This document shows, one piece after another, positions 1 through 11,900 of a DNA stretch of 64,000 nucleotides. Positions within the stretch are counted from its first letter, which is position 1. Each line of letters starts with the position of its first letter. A program made the translations under genes and the position numbers. The notes beneath the pieces are model-generated. The model was not told the DNA's origin, made no database searches, and saw nothing but the letters and a program-made list of their open reading frames with translations. The DNA is taken from contig JABLTG010000112.1 in NCBI GenBank assembly GCA_016618085.1, forward strand, positions 1 to 64,000, written 5' to 3'. This DNA comes from Neovahlkampfia damariscottae (taxonomy: Eukaryota).

Positions 1-102
1 TTTTCTGAAATTGTTTCTTCTTCTGGATCTGAAAGGTTTTCGTCTTCTGTTGATTTTTCAAACAAGATTATCATTTGTTCATCATTTTCTGATAATATAA
101 TT

Positions 103-342
103 TCATTTCCTCCTATTATTTCTTTTGTTTTTGTTTTTATTTTTTTTTGCTTTTTCTTCTTCTTCTTTTTGGTTTTGAGCAATTTTAATAAAATTAACTC
201 CATCTTTTTTTTCGGTTTCTGAAATTTCAGCTTTTACAAAATATTTTGACAATTCTTCATCTTCATATTCTTCTCCATAATAATCATTTTCATAATCATC
301 TTCAACATCGTCAAAATCCTCTAATTGTTTTGATGCTGACAT
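103..342 (-). CDS. Small acidic/basic low-complexity hypothetical protein (MSASKQLEDFDD...), 3' end uncertain
   Basis: ATG at 342 with a CCAAT at 385. The longer ORF-track version runs through transposon TIR sequence. A possible A-rich GC-AG intron near 113-150 would change the C-terminus. Confidence 0.5.
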   Translation of the reverse strand: MSASKQLEDFDDVEDDYENDYYGEEYEDEELSKYFVKAEISETEKKDGVNFIKIAQNQKEEEEKAKKNKNKNKRNNRRK

Positions 343-952
343 GAAAAGAAAACTGGTTTTGTGGATTTTCTTTGCAAATTTAAACCAATTATTTTGAAGC
401 TTCAAAATTGAATTTGAAAAAAAGTAAGTGGGGGAAATCCACTGACGCTTTTCAGAAATATTCCGCTCTCCTGCCCTGAGATCATCGGATTTCTTCTCCA
501 CTTCACCATCTTGAAATTTTTCATCAAAAAAAAACTCATTTTCACGTTTTTCAATTTGATATTTCTGATTTAAAACATACATCAAAATACCTTTTTTTCT
601 TCCCATTTCTCCTCACATTTCTTTTTTTTATTGATTCAATAATTCATTAAAATTTAAAATTAACGAATCATTATCATTTTTTATCCTATGGGAACATAAA
701 AAACTCATTTTCCCGTTTTTCAAATTGTGTACTCTGATATAAAACATATTCCACAATAAACATTTTTTTCACCTCATCCTCTGAGAACCACAAAATTCGT
801 CCTGTCCAAATGCTCGGAAATTGAACATAGAATTGGCCAATGATATAATCGCAAAAAATTCTTTTTTTTGGCTTACAAAAACTAAGACTTGGTTCAAAAC
901 TCAAAATAAATAAAAAAATGATTCAAAAGGTTCAGAAGTGATTTTTCACTAA

Positions 953-1159
953 ATGCAAAATAGTTTATATGGAATTCCATGCGAGACACGTACTAAAATC
1001 AAGAGTTTAGCTAAAATCAGAAACTCACTTTGTCATGATAAACAAACAACAACTATTGATAGAAATGAGTTTATCGGACTTTATGAGGAAATATTCATGG
1101 AATTGAAGATTCATTACGAAAAAACAAACCCACAAAAAGGCTATTGCACGGTGATGTAG
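953..1159 (+). pseudogene. Captured gene fragment with HEPN-like RNxxxH motif (KIRNSLCHD)
   Basis: 68-aa ORF inside the TIR element, preceded by an in-frame stop. The Rx4H motif sits in a helical-looking context. Confidence 0.3.
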
Positions 1160-1280
1160 AAAATAAATTTTTAAATATTAACTGCATCTTGAACATCTTT
1201 AAAAGTTGATGTTTTGGTTTTAAAATATTTTATCTTAGTTAGCTGAGGAAAAGTTAGAAACTAAGGTTTATTCTCATAAC

Positions 1281-1528
1281 GTGACTAATTGCACAGAAGT
1301 TTTATTAATTTTTATCATAAAATGTCGTGTTTTATCATAAATCACTATGTTTAACATGTTTGGATGTGTTTCACAATTAACACGACTTATATTGAATAAT
1401 ACAACTTTTCATCATAAATCGCCATAATTTACTATAAAACACCACTTAATATGAATAAACACCATATATTATGATAAAACACCACTTATCTTAAATAATA
1501 CCTTGCTTTATGATAAAATATCAGTCAC
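1281..1528. mobile_element. Nested foldback/MITE-like element with ~20-bp internal subrepeats
   Basis: Termini GTGACT/AGTCAC. Internal TTTTATCATAA copies are inverted relative to TTATGATAAAA copies, and AAACACCAC-type units repeat. Flanks TCATAAC (1274-1280) / TCATAAT (1529-1535). Confidence 0.55.
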
Positions 1529-2069
1529 TCATAATAACCATAGCATTCCAATCACTCAGTCCATGTTATAGATAAGAAGTGACGAATTAGAAGTTAGTCT
1601 AATTGTCTTCTCTGGTCTTTAAATTGTATTTTTTGATTTATCGTTTTAACAATAAACAAACGTTCAAACCTCCAGACCATTTTTCGTTTGTCATTGGTCA
1701 ATTTATCGGAGAATTATTTCACAAATGATAATTTTTTTTTATTTTTTTTGAAACATTTTTTTTATGTTATCAGAGGATGAGGTGAGAAAAAAGTGAATAG
1801 TGGAATAAAATGAATGTAATAAAAAAACGGGAAAATGACTTTTTTTTGATGGAAAATTTCAAGATGGTGAAGTGGAGAAGAAATCCGATGATCTCAGGGC
1901 ACCAGAACGAAATATTTCTGAAAAGCGTCAGCGGATTTTCCCCCACTTACTTTGACAAAAATTTTGAATTTTCTTTTTTCTTGATGACCAGTATTCTTGA
2001 ATTTTTTTTTGAAACAATAGTCCATTTTGGTTGTATTAATTTTGTCTGGTTTTGTTTTGTCCAATCAAA

Positions 2070-3122
2070 ATGTTACTGAAAAAGTTACTTGAACTGACGC
2101 TGCTTTGTTTTTTTCTCCAAGCTACCACTCAGTGCACTGAAATACAATGGATCGTAAACAAAGGAATAGTTACAGATAACTTTCCAGTTGCCATTAAAAC
2201 AAAATCAAATCAACAAACTTTAAATATCAGTTCAACATTTGAAAAACCCCAAGTTATACAAATTCCTCCTTCCAATATTGACGATAAATATCATATTATT
2301 TGGTTAAAATCAGGAAATACTTCACAAGAACAGTCAATTTCTTTGAATTTAGTTTCTAACAACCAAACAATATGTGAAATAACGAAAAAAATTAATTTTG
2401 AAACACCAATTGATATGTCGAAATTATCATCAATTTCTTTATTATTTTCTATCACTTCATCACAAGGACATTCACAATTATTCGTTGACTGCACTGGAAA
2501 TATTGAAGTTAATGTTGGAGAATGTAGACTAAAATTGGACGTTTTTTATCAAGGTGAAAAATATTGTGACTATATTAAAAATAGTGCAATTGGAAATTGG
2601 AATAATTTTAAATTAAATTTACCTTCCAATATGAATCAGTTTCAATCATGGAAAATGGTGACCAAATCAACAGGCCCATGTAAAGATTTATCAGGTTATA
2701 TGTTTGTTGGTAAAATAATTGATGATAAAGGAACAGAACATAATTTTGATTTAATTCATTCTGTGGATTCAAAAACATGTGAAAAAACAAATTCAATTTC
2801 TCAACAATATTCAAGTATTTCTGGAATGATGTTTCAGTATGGTAATTCTTTTTGTTCATCAATCGGTTTGGAAGATTGTGAATTTTCAGATCCCACTCGT
2901 TCAAATGAAATTTTTATTACAAAAAAATGTCCAAAATCTTATAATTCAATTTTAATTGGATTTAGTATTTTTGGAGTATTTGCTTTGACATCACTTTTAA
3001 TATTTATTATTGTTGTTGGATTTATATTAATAAGAGATAAATATAAAAAGAAACAAAAAAAAGAATTAATTACACATACTTTAGTTGATTTTGATGATGA
3101 AAGCATAGATTTTGAAATGTAA
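2070..3122 (+). CDS. Cys-rich single-pass type I membrane protein, unknown family
   Basis: Signal-peptide-like N-terminus, beta-rich Cys-containing ectodomain, hydrophobic TM (ILIGFSIFGVFALTSLLIFIIVVGFILI), basic stop-transfer and acidic tail; intronless. Confidence 0.75.
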   Translation: MLLKKLLELTLLCFFLQATTQCTEIQWIVNKGIVTDNFPVAIKTKSNQQTLNISSTFEKPQVIQIPPSNIDDKYHIIWLKSGNTSQEQSISLNLVSNNQTICEITKKINFETPIDMSKLSSISLLFSITSSQGHSQLFVDCTGNIEVNVGECRLKLDVFYQGEKYCDYIKNSAIGNWNNFKLNLPSNMNQFQSWKMVTKSTGPCKDLSGYMFVGKIIDDKGTEHNFDLIHSVDSKTCEKTNSISQQYSSISGMMFQYGNSFCSSIGLEDCEFSDPTRSNEIFITKKCPKSYNSILIGFSIFGVFALTSLLIFIIVVGFILIRDKYKKKQKKELITHTLVDFDDESIDFEM

Positions 3123-3134
3123 TTAAAAATTTAT

Positions 3135-5193
3135 CTATTGAAAATATGCTTTTTCTAAATCATCAACATTTGTATTATCTTGTTGATTTGAGTCATTATT
3201 TTGTTCTGAAGTATCTTTTGCAGGTTCAAATGCAACATAAGATACTTTTTTTTTATCTAATTCTGATGACCAATTCTCTGAATTTTTATATTTCTTTCTA
3301 ATTTCTTCTTGTTGTTCTTCTTTTGTTTTTATTGTATCATCTCTATGACGTTTTGTTCCTGAAGAAACAGCTCTATATTGAACTGGTTTTGAGTAATAAC
3401 TTGGTTTTTGATAATCTCTATTATCTCTATTATCACGATGATATTCATTACGAGGTCTATAATTATCACGATTATCACGACGTTGATAATCATCTCTTCT
3501 TTGATTTGGTCTTTGATAATAACTTGAAGTTGATTGTTTTTGTGTGTAATAAGATGGATTGGTTTGAACTGGTAAACCCCAATGTTCCAAACATCTTTTT
3601 CTAATATCTTGTTGATTCTTTTTAATATCAACATATTGATCTTCAACTGCTTGTTTAATTTTTTGTAAAAATTTAATTTGTCTTTGTCCAATTAAAATAT
3701 TTGATGCTGTAATATAATCAATAAATTCTTGATCTGCATCAAGTACATCTTGATCAACAACAGATGTTACATTTTGTTTTTGACTTAATTTTGCATTTAC
3801 TTCCAATAGATATTTTACAACTGCTGGTTTTCTTCCTTTTAAACCTTTACAAATAATATATCTTTCAGAATTTGCAGGTCGACTTGAAATTGGTTTTAAA
3901 ATTCCAAAACTTTCAAAATTTTGATATAAAATATAACATAATCCAACATTAAAATCAGAAAATAAATCAAAAACTTTGCACATAAAATTACCTCCTTTTC
4001 TTAATACTTGTAATGCTGTTGCAAATTGACATAAAACTAATTGTCTCAAAAGTACTTCTTGTTTATTTTCAACTCCTTGAACAGAAAATCCCTATTTGAA
4101 TTATTTTTCAATTTTTTTTTTTTTTTACTCCATCTGCTGTTAAAAGTGCGACTCCTCTTCCATCAGTTCCTTTGTCAATGACTTCGGAAAAATTTAAAAT
4201 ATTTTCATTGACTGTTAAATCTCCGGTATCATCTGCTCCATAACATAATTCAAAATTATCATGAGGTGATTCAGAATTAAATTTTTCTAATTTCCAATCA
4301 TCTTTTCCTTTTAAAGTGAAACCCTTTTTTTTTTTTTTAATTTTTTCGTTTTTTCAAACCCATCCTTTTGCTCCTTCTGTTTTATATTTATAATATAAAA
4401 ATTCAGTAAAACCACCTGGTCCAGCACATATATCAGCAAAATACAAAATGTGTTTTTCTTCGTCTAATCTTGGAAGTTCTGAGAGTTTTGTAACTTTATC
4501 AATATTTGCCATTTTCAAAGCAGCACGATTTTGAAAAATTGATTTTCCTATTTAATTTTATTATTTAAAATCACTTACCAATTCTTTCATATGGATTTGA
4601 ACGATAACGAGCATCAACAAATTCTTTATCAGGTAAATCATCAAATTCTGATTTTTCTTTCATAACATTTTTTACAATATCTTCTAAACAATATTTTGTT
4701 TTTAATGGTTCAATTTCTTCATCTTTTGAAATTGTCATTTTATAAACTGAGCCAGTATTCACTATTGGATTTTTACAATAAATTGAGTCAAGTTTTTGTT
4801 CATGTGGATAGTAACTTTCATCAGGTTCATGTTTTTGTATTTTAAAATTTGAAGGTAACTGTCTTGTATCTTCAAAACCAATTCCTAAAAAAAATAAATT
4901 TTTTGAAAGTGTTTTTTCGAACCTCCACGAGCATTTTTTTGTTGAACTTGAATATGAGAAACCATACCTTGTTCTTTTGAACCTAAACCTTGTCCTTTGT
5001 ATCCCATGTTTTCCTGTTTTTTTTTTTATTTTATTTTTATTTTTTTTACCATCATTTTGAATGATTTTAATTCAGTTGAGTCATAAGAAGGAATAGGTAC
5101 ACTTGAAAATGCTTGTGTTTTCATATAAGCATCATTTTTTTCTGAAAAAATTTCTTCACCTTTCTGTTCTTCCTTCAAAGAAAATTGAATCAT
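3135..5193 (-). CDS. CMTR1: Cap-specific mRNA (nucleoside-2'-O-)-methyltransferase 1 (G-patch + FtsJ/RrmJ domain), multi-exon
   Basis: Spliced G-patch MMENMGYKGQGLG; NPYERIGKSIFQNRAALKMAN; DICAGPGGF; ADGGFSV; KPISSRPANSERY. Confidence 0.92.
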
Positions 5194-5387
5194 TTTTGAT
5201 TTGAAATAACAGATGATTGGTTGAAATGGTAGATGTAATTATAACATTTAAATAACACTTCGAGCTATCTGTGTCAATATTTTACATCAAATTGTAGATT
5301 CATAGAAAATCCATGAAACTCATGAAAAAGTATGGTGAATAATTGAAGGACATACAGAAGAGCTTTTGATGATAATTATTCTAGGTG

Positions 5388-7264
5388 TTAGACTTTATTT
5401 TCTATTTCATCAATTTTTTCTTTTCCGTTTTCTTTCGGATTTTCTTTTGAATTTTCTTCTTTTTCTTCGATATCATCCAATTCTAGATTTATACCTAAAG
5501 ATCTTTCACTTAACCGTTTTTTAACAGTTGATATTTCTTCTTCTGCTTTCATCAAATCAAACATTTCTTTTGCCAATGCTTCCTTCTTTTCTTGTAGATA
5601 TTTTGAAATTCCAGAAACTTCATTTTCTTCTTCTAATGTGACATCTTTCATGGCAAATTTACTTAATTGACTTCTTAGTACTCTTTTTTCATCTTCACTA
5701 AATTGAGTTGCACCACTTGAAACTTTATCATCAACAACACTTTTCAATTTTTCAATACCAGCTCCAGCTCCTTTCACAGTATTTTTAACAGAAGTAAATT
5801 CTCCATGACCTTTTTCAGCTATATGTCCACCTCCAAAAAATCGATGTGGAATTCTGAGGAATGGCAGTCTATCTCCAAGATAATAATGAACATTGAAATA
5901 AATATTTTCGGTAATCAATAAAATGAATGAAACAAAAACAAAACAACCTAATGTGATCAAGATACCTCCAAATGAGTCAATTCCAATTGGTTGACTTTGT
6001 AACTCTTCTTCTTCACCCAATGTTGCACAAGCTCCTCTATCATACCACCATTTTTTGTATAAATTTTCGATGAAACCATCTTCTCTCATAGATAAAACAA
6101 TTCTTTCAAGTTTATCTCCAAAAGTTGCATTTAGCTTTGTAACAAAAACAAAATTTGATGGATAAAATAATGATCCAACTTCTAAAGTTTTACAAGGAGG
6201 TTGATTTTCTTGGTAATCCTTCAAGAAAGATTAAAAAAATAAACAATACTGTCACAGGTGAATCATGAACCAATGCAAATAAACCATTTTTTTGGGCTAA
6301 TAAATCATTCACCATTGTTGTAAAATTGTCATATCTTACAGCTAAATCTAGTAAATCTGAAATTTCATCATTGTTTTCGAAATAATTTGAAATTGAAGAA
6401 TTATCAACAATTCCAAATTTATATCTGTTTGTACGGATATCTGACAATGTTTGGAGAGATTTTGAAGTTCCACTTGTTGTCAAAAAAGCAGCTAAATTTG
6501 CAGTGTAAGTTGAAACAACAATTAGAGAAAATAGAAAATATCCAATGGTCAAAATTTTTGTGGCAAAATTCCTTCCTGGATCGCCTGCTTGACCAACAAA
6601 TCCAAGTAAACCACTGATAATAGCATTTGAAAAATCCATGGTGTGCTTTTTATCATCTTCTGGATGTCTATGATATCCATACGGACTACAAACTGAAGAA
6701 GTCAAAATATTAAAAAAATGAAACCATCAAATATCCAGAGAAATATCATGAAAGAAACTAAGCATGCAATGATAGCCGTCCATACCTGCCAAGTGAATGG
6801 TAATAGAAAAGAATAAAGCAGAGCAGATTCCTTTTCTGGTTTTCTAATCATAATTCGTAAACCAACATCAAGAAACGGTGTAATGAATCTGACAGCTCCT
6901 AGTCTGGCTTGATTTGCTGTAATTGGAGCAAAAGAGACATCTGCTTTTCCATAAATAACTTCACCTATCATTCCACTCCTTATTTCAGTATTTAAATGAA
7001 AAACTTGGTTTACCAAACACCTCCATTATTAGAACCATATTTACCATCAGCGACCTTGTGTGTATTTATTGTTACGTTTCCATCTGAAGGAAAAAAATTC
7101 ATCCACCGAATTTTTGTTTCTTTAATGAGGTCAATTGAGAAACCTTTCGGAATTCCTCCTCTGTAAAAAGTGAAAGGAGGTTCTTCAATGAGCACAGCCT
7201 CTAGTTTAAGAGAATACACGCAGTTTATTATTATGTACAAAAGTAATAGTGCCAGTTTACTCAT
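5388..7264 (-). CDS. Ionotropic glutamate receptor-like channel lacking an amino-terminal domain, 4 exons
   Basis: Signal peptide, then S1 (EEPPF...WSGMIGEV...ITANQAR), M1, pore loop, STYTANLAAFLT, S2 and M4. Three GT-AG introns restore the frame. Confidence 0.9.
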
Positions 7265-7403
7265 CTTTCTAAAAAGAGAAAAAATGACCAATAGGAATTA
7301 TCCAAAAATCGAAAAATCTTGCATGTGTATTTATTAAAAAGTTGTTAAAATAAAATAATTGAATTGACATTTCTTATTCAACCAATCAAGACGCTTTTTT
7401 AAA

Positions 7404-8545
7404 ATGAAAAAAATCTTCACACAACAAATCAACAAAAAATTATTTAAGAGGAATTTCTTCAATTTTTTTAATAAGAATAAACCAGAAGAAAAAAAACCAC
7501 AAGTCCAAAAAAAAAATCAAGAACCAAAATCAACACCTCCACAACAACCAAAATTCCATAAAAAACAAGTTCATACATTCGACCTTCCAAACATAAAACA
7601 TATAATTGCTGTAGCAAGTGGAAAAGGAGGAGTAGGAAAAAGTACAGTGAGCAGTAAAGCCATCGTTTGAACAACTAAAATTTTTTCAAGCAAATCTTGC
7701 AGTTGCTTTATCTTCAGGTTTTAATAAAAGAGTTGGTTTAGTTGATGCAGGTATGAATTAAAAATATTAATAAATAGACATATATGGACCTTCTATTCAT
7801 AAAATGATGAATTTATCTGGAAAACCAAAAGTTACAGAAGACAAAAAATTAATACCAAAATCCAACTACGGAATTGAAACAATGTCAATGGGTTATATTG
7901 TTCAAGAAGATGCTCCTACTATTTGGAGAGGTCCTATGGTTCTTTTTTTGCATTAATTAAATTTCAAAAAGGTTATGGGTGCCGTTGAACAATTATTGAA
8001 AGGTAAAACAAGGTAAAATTTAAAATTGAATCAATTAGATGTAAAATGGAGTGAATTAGATATACTAGTTATAGACTTACCTCCTGGTACAGGTGATGCT
8101 CAATTAACAATTTCTCAACGTGTTGCATTAACAGGTGCTGTAATTGTTTCTACTCCTCAAGATATTTCATTAATAGATGCAAGAAGAGGTGTTAACATGT
8201 TTAAACAAGTGAACGTTCCAGTAAGAGAATTATTTTTAAAATCTGTAGATTTTGGGGTTGGTGGAAAATATGAGTTTTTTCAAATGTCAGAATTGTGGAC
8301 ATGTAGAGCATATTTTCAGTCATGGTGGAGCAAAAAATGCTTCAGAAGAATTGAATACCCCTTTTTTAGGTGAAATTCCAATTAATATTGATATTCGTAC
8401 AAATAGCGATGCTGGAACTCCTGTCGCATTAACTAGAACAGTTATATCTGAACCATATTATAAAATAGCTGAAAAAGTAATTCAATCACTAGAAGAGAGT
8501 AAAAAGAATGTGGATGAAGCAACTCCAAAGATTATCATTGAATAA
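7404..8545 (+). CDS. NUBPL: Mrp/NBP35-family P-loop ATPase, mitochondrial Ind1/NUBPL-like, 6 exons
   Basis: [45 protein letters not shown]; basic presequence-like N-terminus. Confidence 0.88.
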
Positions 8546-8919
8546 TATCAGAAACAATGAGTTCACATTGTGTTTGCGGAAATTAAAAAATAAAATTCAT
8601 AAAATTAACAAGTTAAAATAGATGAATATCAATTGAATGAATTTAAATTGGATTTTTTACAGATAATTTTACGAAATTATTGCAACACTTTTGATAAAAA
8701 ATTGAAAATCACATCTCCAACCAGTTTCAAAAATTTTATTTTTTTTTTTTGCATTTTCTCAATATTTACTGCAAAATCTGATGTTTTAAGATTTTTAACC
8801 GTATTGTGAATGGTATGGACCAATCATCTAGGTTTTTCATCGGAATTAGATTTAATGTGAAAGAATTTGATTGGTTGGTCATTTCAGTTTGTTGTGGCGC
8901 GAAGTGCAAATCGACTTGG

Positions 8920-11900
8920 ATGAAAGAGAACGAAGAAATAAAAGAACAACAAAAACCTGAAGGAAATACCACACAAATTAGGAGTAGATCCAGTAGGACC
9001 GAAAAAAAGAAATCTGAAACTCTGGAAACAAATCTTTCAGAGACAGAAGAAATTGAGGAAAAAACAAAAGAAAAAAACACTGTAGATCATGATATTATGG
9101 GAACTGGATGGGATGGAAATACCAGAAGATCTTTACGTTCCAGAAAACCAATTGATAAGTTTGAGGCTACAAGAGAACCTAAATCTAAAAGAGAAGAAAA
9201 ATTTGAAATCAATGAAGATGATTTTGACCAAAATGATATATATTATTCAAGAAGTCTCAGAACAAGAAAAAACACAGTGAATTATGATGAAACCATTCCA
9301 AAGCCAGCAAAAAGAGGAAGAAAAAAAATGGATACCTCAAGTGAAGAAGAAGAAGAAGAAGTTGAAGAAGAAACGGAAGAAGAAACTGATGAAGAATTTG
9401 AAGACGAAGAAGAAGAAGTTGTCTCCATAAGAGGAAAATCAAAAAGAAAAGATGAATCTGAAGAAGAATCTGAAGAGGAATACGAAGAGGAAGTAAGGGC
9501 ACCAAAAAACAATAAAGGAAGAAGAGGAAGAAAAAAAAAAGTTGAAGAAGATGAAATGGATGTTGAAGAAGATGATGAACAAGAAGAAATTCAACAACAA
9601 GGTGATGATGATGAAGATGATGATGAAGAAGAAGATGAAGAAGATGAAATCGAAAAAATTTTGGCATGGAGAGAAGAAGTATTATCTTCAGAAGAAGAAA
9701 ATGAAGGAGAAAAAAAAGAAAAATCGGAAAAAGAAACAGTTGTTGAATACCTCATCAAATATAAAGATAAATCATATTTACATGTAGAATGGTTAACAGC
9801 TGATGAAATTTGTTCACAACCTGATGGAAAATCAAAATTAAATAGATTTGAAAAGAAATTTGGAGATGTTTCTTTTGATTATTTGGATGGTGAGTATTTT
9901 AATCCAGACTATTGCGTTCCAGAAAGAATTTTAAATGATACAACTTGGAAAAAAAAAAGATGCTTTTTTGTTAAATGGAAAGGATTATCTTATACTGATG
10001 CAACTTGGGAATTTGAAGAAATTATTACAGATAAATCAATTGTTGAAAGATATGATAAATTTAAATCATTGCCAAAAGAAAAAGATCGTTTAATTCCACC
10101 AAAACCAGATGTAACAGATTGGAAAAAACTTGAAGAATCTCCTATTTTTAAAAATGGAAATCAACTTCGTGAATATCAACTTGAAGGTTTAAATTGGTTA
10201 TTATTTTGTTATTATCATGGTAGAAATTCATGTTTAGCTGATGAAATGGGTCTTGGAAAAACGGTATGACATATTTTTTTTTTTCTTATTCATTAGGTAC
10301 AAACGGTATCCATTATTGAAGCTTTAAGAACAAATTTAGGAAATCGTGGACCTTATCTAATTGTTGCTCCTTTATCAACAATTGGTCATTGGCAAAGAGA
10401 ATTTCAAAATTGGACAGATAACAATGTAGTTGTACTTCATGGATCTCAAGAATCAAGAAAATTGATTTATCAATATGATTTTTATTATTTTAACAAAAGA
10501 GGAAGACCAATTCCTGGAATTTATAAATTCAATGTTTTAATTACAACTTATGAAATTGCTTTAGCTGAATCTTCAACATTAAGTAAAATAAATTGGCAAT
10601 ATCTTGCTGTAGATGAAGGACATCGTTTGAAAAACAAGAAATCCAAATTACTTGAAACTTTATTCACATTCAAAACAGCTCATAAATTACTTTTATCTGG
10701 AACTCCTATTCAAAATGATATCAAAGAACTTTGGACACTTTTACATTTTTTAGAACCAAAAAAATTTGATGATGTTGATGATTTTATGGATGAATATGGT
10801 AAAATGAGTGATTCAACACATGCAAAAAAATTACATGATCTTGTTGAACCATATTTATTAAGAAGATTAAAAGAAGATGTTGAAAAAAGTATTCCACCAA
10901 AAGAAGAAATTATTGTTGAAGTTGTACCTACAACTATTCAAAAAAAATATTATCGTGCTATTATTGATCGTAATCGTGAATTTTTACAAGGAGGATCTGG
11001 TAAAAAGAGTGATGTTCCTTCACTTGTCAATATTCTTATGGAACTTAGAAAAATATGTAATCATCCATTTTTACTCAAAGGTGTTGAATCTCAATTGACA
11101 GAAGGAATGAAAGATAATGAAATCAATGAACTAATGGTTAGATGTAGTTCAAAACTTTTACTTGTTGATAAACTTTTGACAAAATTGAGAGAAGGAAAAC
11201 ATAGAGTTTTAATTTTTAGTCAAATGGTTAAAGTTCTTCACATTTTAGAAGATTATATGAACTATAAAAAGTTTCCTTATGAAAGATTAGATGGAAGTAT
11301 CAGAGGAGATGAAAGACAAGAAGCAATTGATAGATTTTCAGATATGAAAAAAGATAATTTTGTCTTTTTAGTTTCAACAAGAGCAGGTGGTGTTGGTATC
11401 AATCTCACTGCAGCTGATACAGTTATCATTTATGATAGTGATTTTAATCCACAAAATGATATTCAAGCACAAGGTGAAAAAATAGAAAAAATACTAATTA
11501 TTTCTTAGCTCGTTGTCATAGAATTGGTCAAAAAAAAGATGTAAAAATTTATCGTCTGTTGACAAAGAATACAAAAGAAAAGGAAATGTTTGAAAGAGCT
11601 TCAATGAAATTAGGTCTAGATCGTGCTATTTTAAATATGGAAGGAGGTGATATTTTTGAAGGAAAATCATCAAAAAAAGAATCAAAAATTGGTTTAAATT
11701 CAAATGAAATTGATACTTTACTGAAATATGGAGCATACTCTGCATTCAAAAAGGATTCAGAAGAAGATGAAAAATTGTTATTGGAAGGAGATATTGAATC
11801 TATTTTAGAAAGATCTTCAACTGTTATCAAATATGATCAAATTCAATCAGAAAAAGGAGTTTCACAATTTTCAAAAGCTAGTTTTTGTTTTGAACAATCT

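Larger units (their letters stand above)
424..1950. mobile_element. Non-autonomous Mutator/MULE-like DNA element with long TIRs
   Basis: ~128-bp inverted repeats at 424-551 and 1823-1950 (GTAAGTGGGGG...CCCCCACTTAC), with further inverted similarity 700-785 vs ~1770-1845. Flanking direct repeat TTTGAAAAAAA (413-423) / TTTGACAAAAA (1951-1961), 10/11 match. No transposase seen. Confidence 0.65.

Noticed and set aside
1300..1520. Short repeats as a CRISPR-like array
   Set aside because: Units are degenerate, abutting and partly inverted, with no unique spacers; eukaryotic context with no cas genes. Better explained as MITE subrepeats.
953..1700. Fanzor/TnpB or transposase remnants in the TIR element
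   Set aside because: No RuvC D-E-D, zinc-finger or DDE motifs recognisable in the fragments.
1770..1950. TIR sequence as U3/snoRNA or SINE (GAGGATGA, GATGA, CTGA-like words)
   Set aside because: No U3 box A/B organisation or Pol III boxes; the paired inverted arrangement with flanking repeat fits a TIR.
343..2079. ORF-track ORFs 103-606 (5' part), 686-904 and 1810-2079 as genes
   Set aside because: They read through TIR and repeat DNA; the shared KRENEFF peptides simply reflect the DNA repeat.
8552..8575. Hairpin ACAATG-AGTTCA-CATTGT in the NUBPL 3' region as an iron-responsive element
   Set aside because: The loop is not CAGUGN and there is no C bulge; a 6-bp stem is expected by chance.
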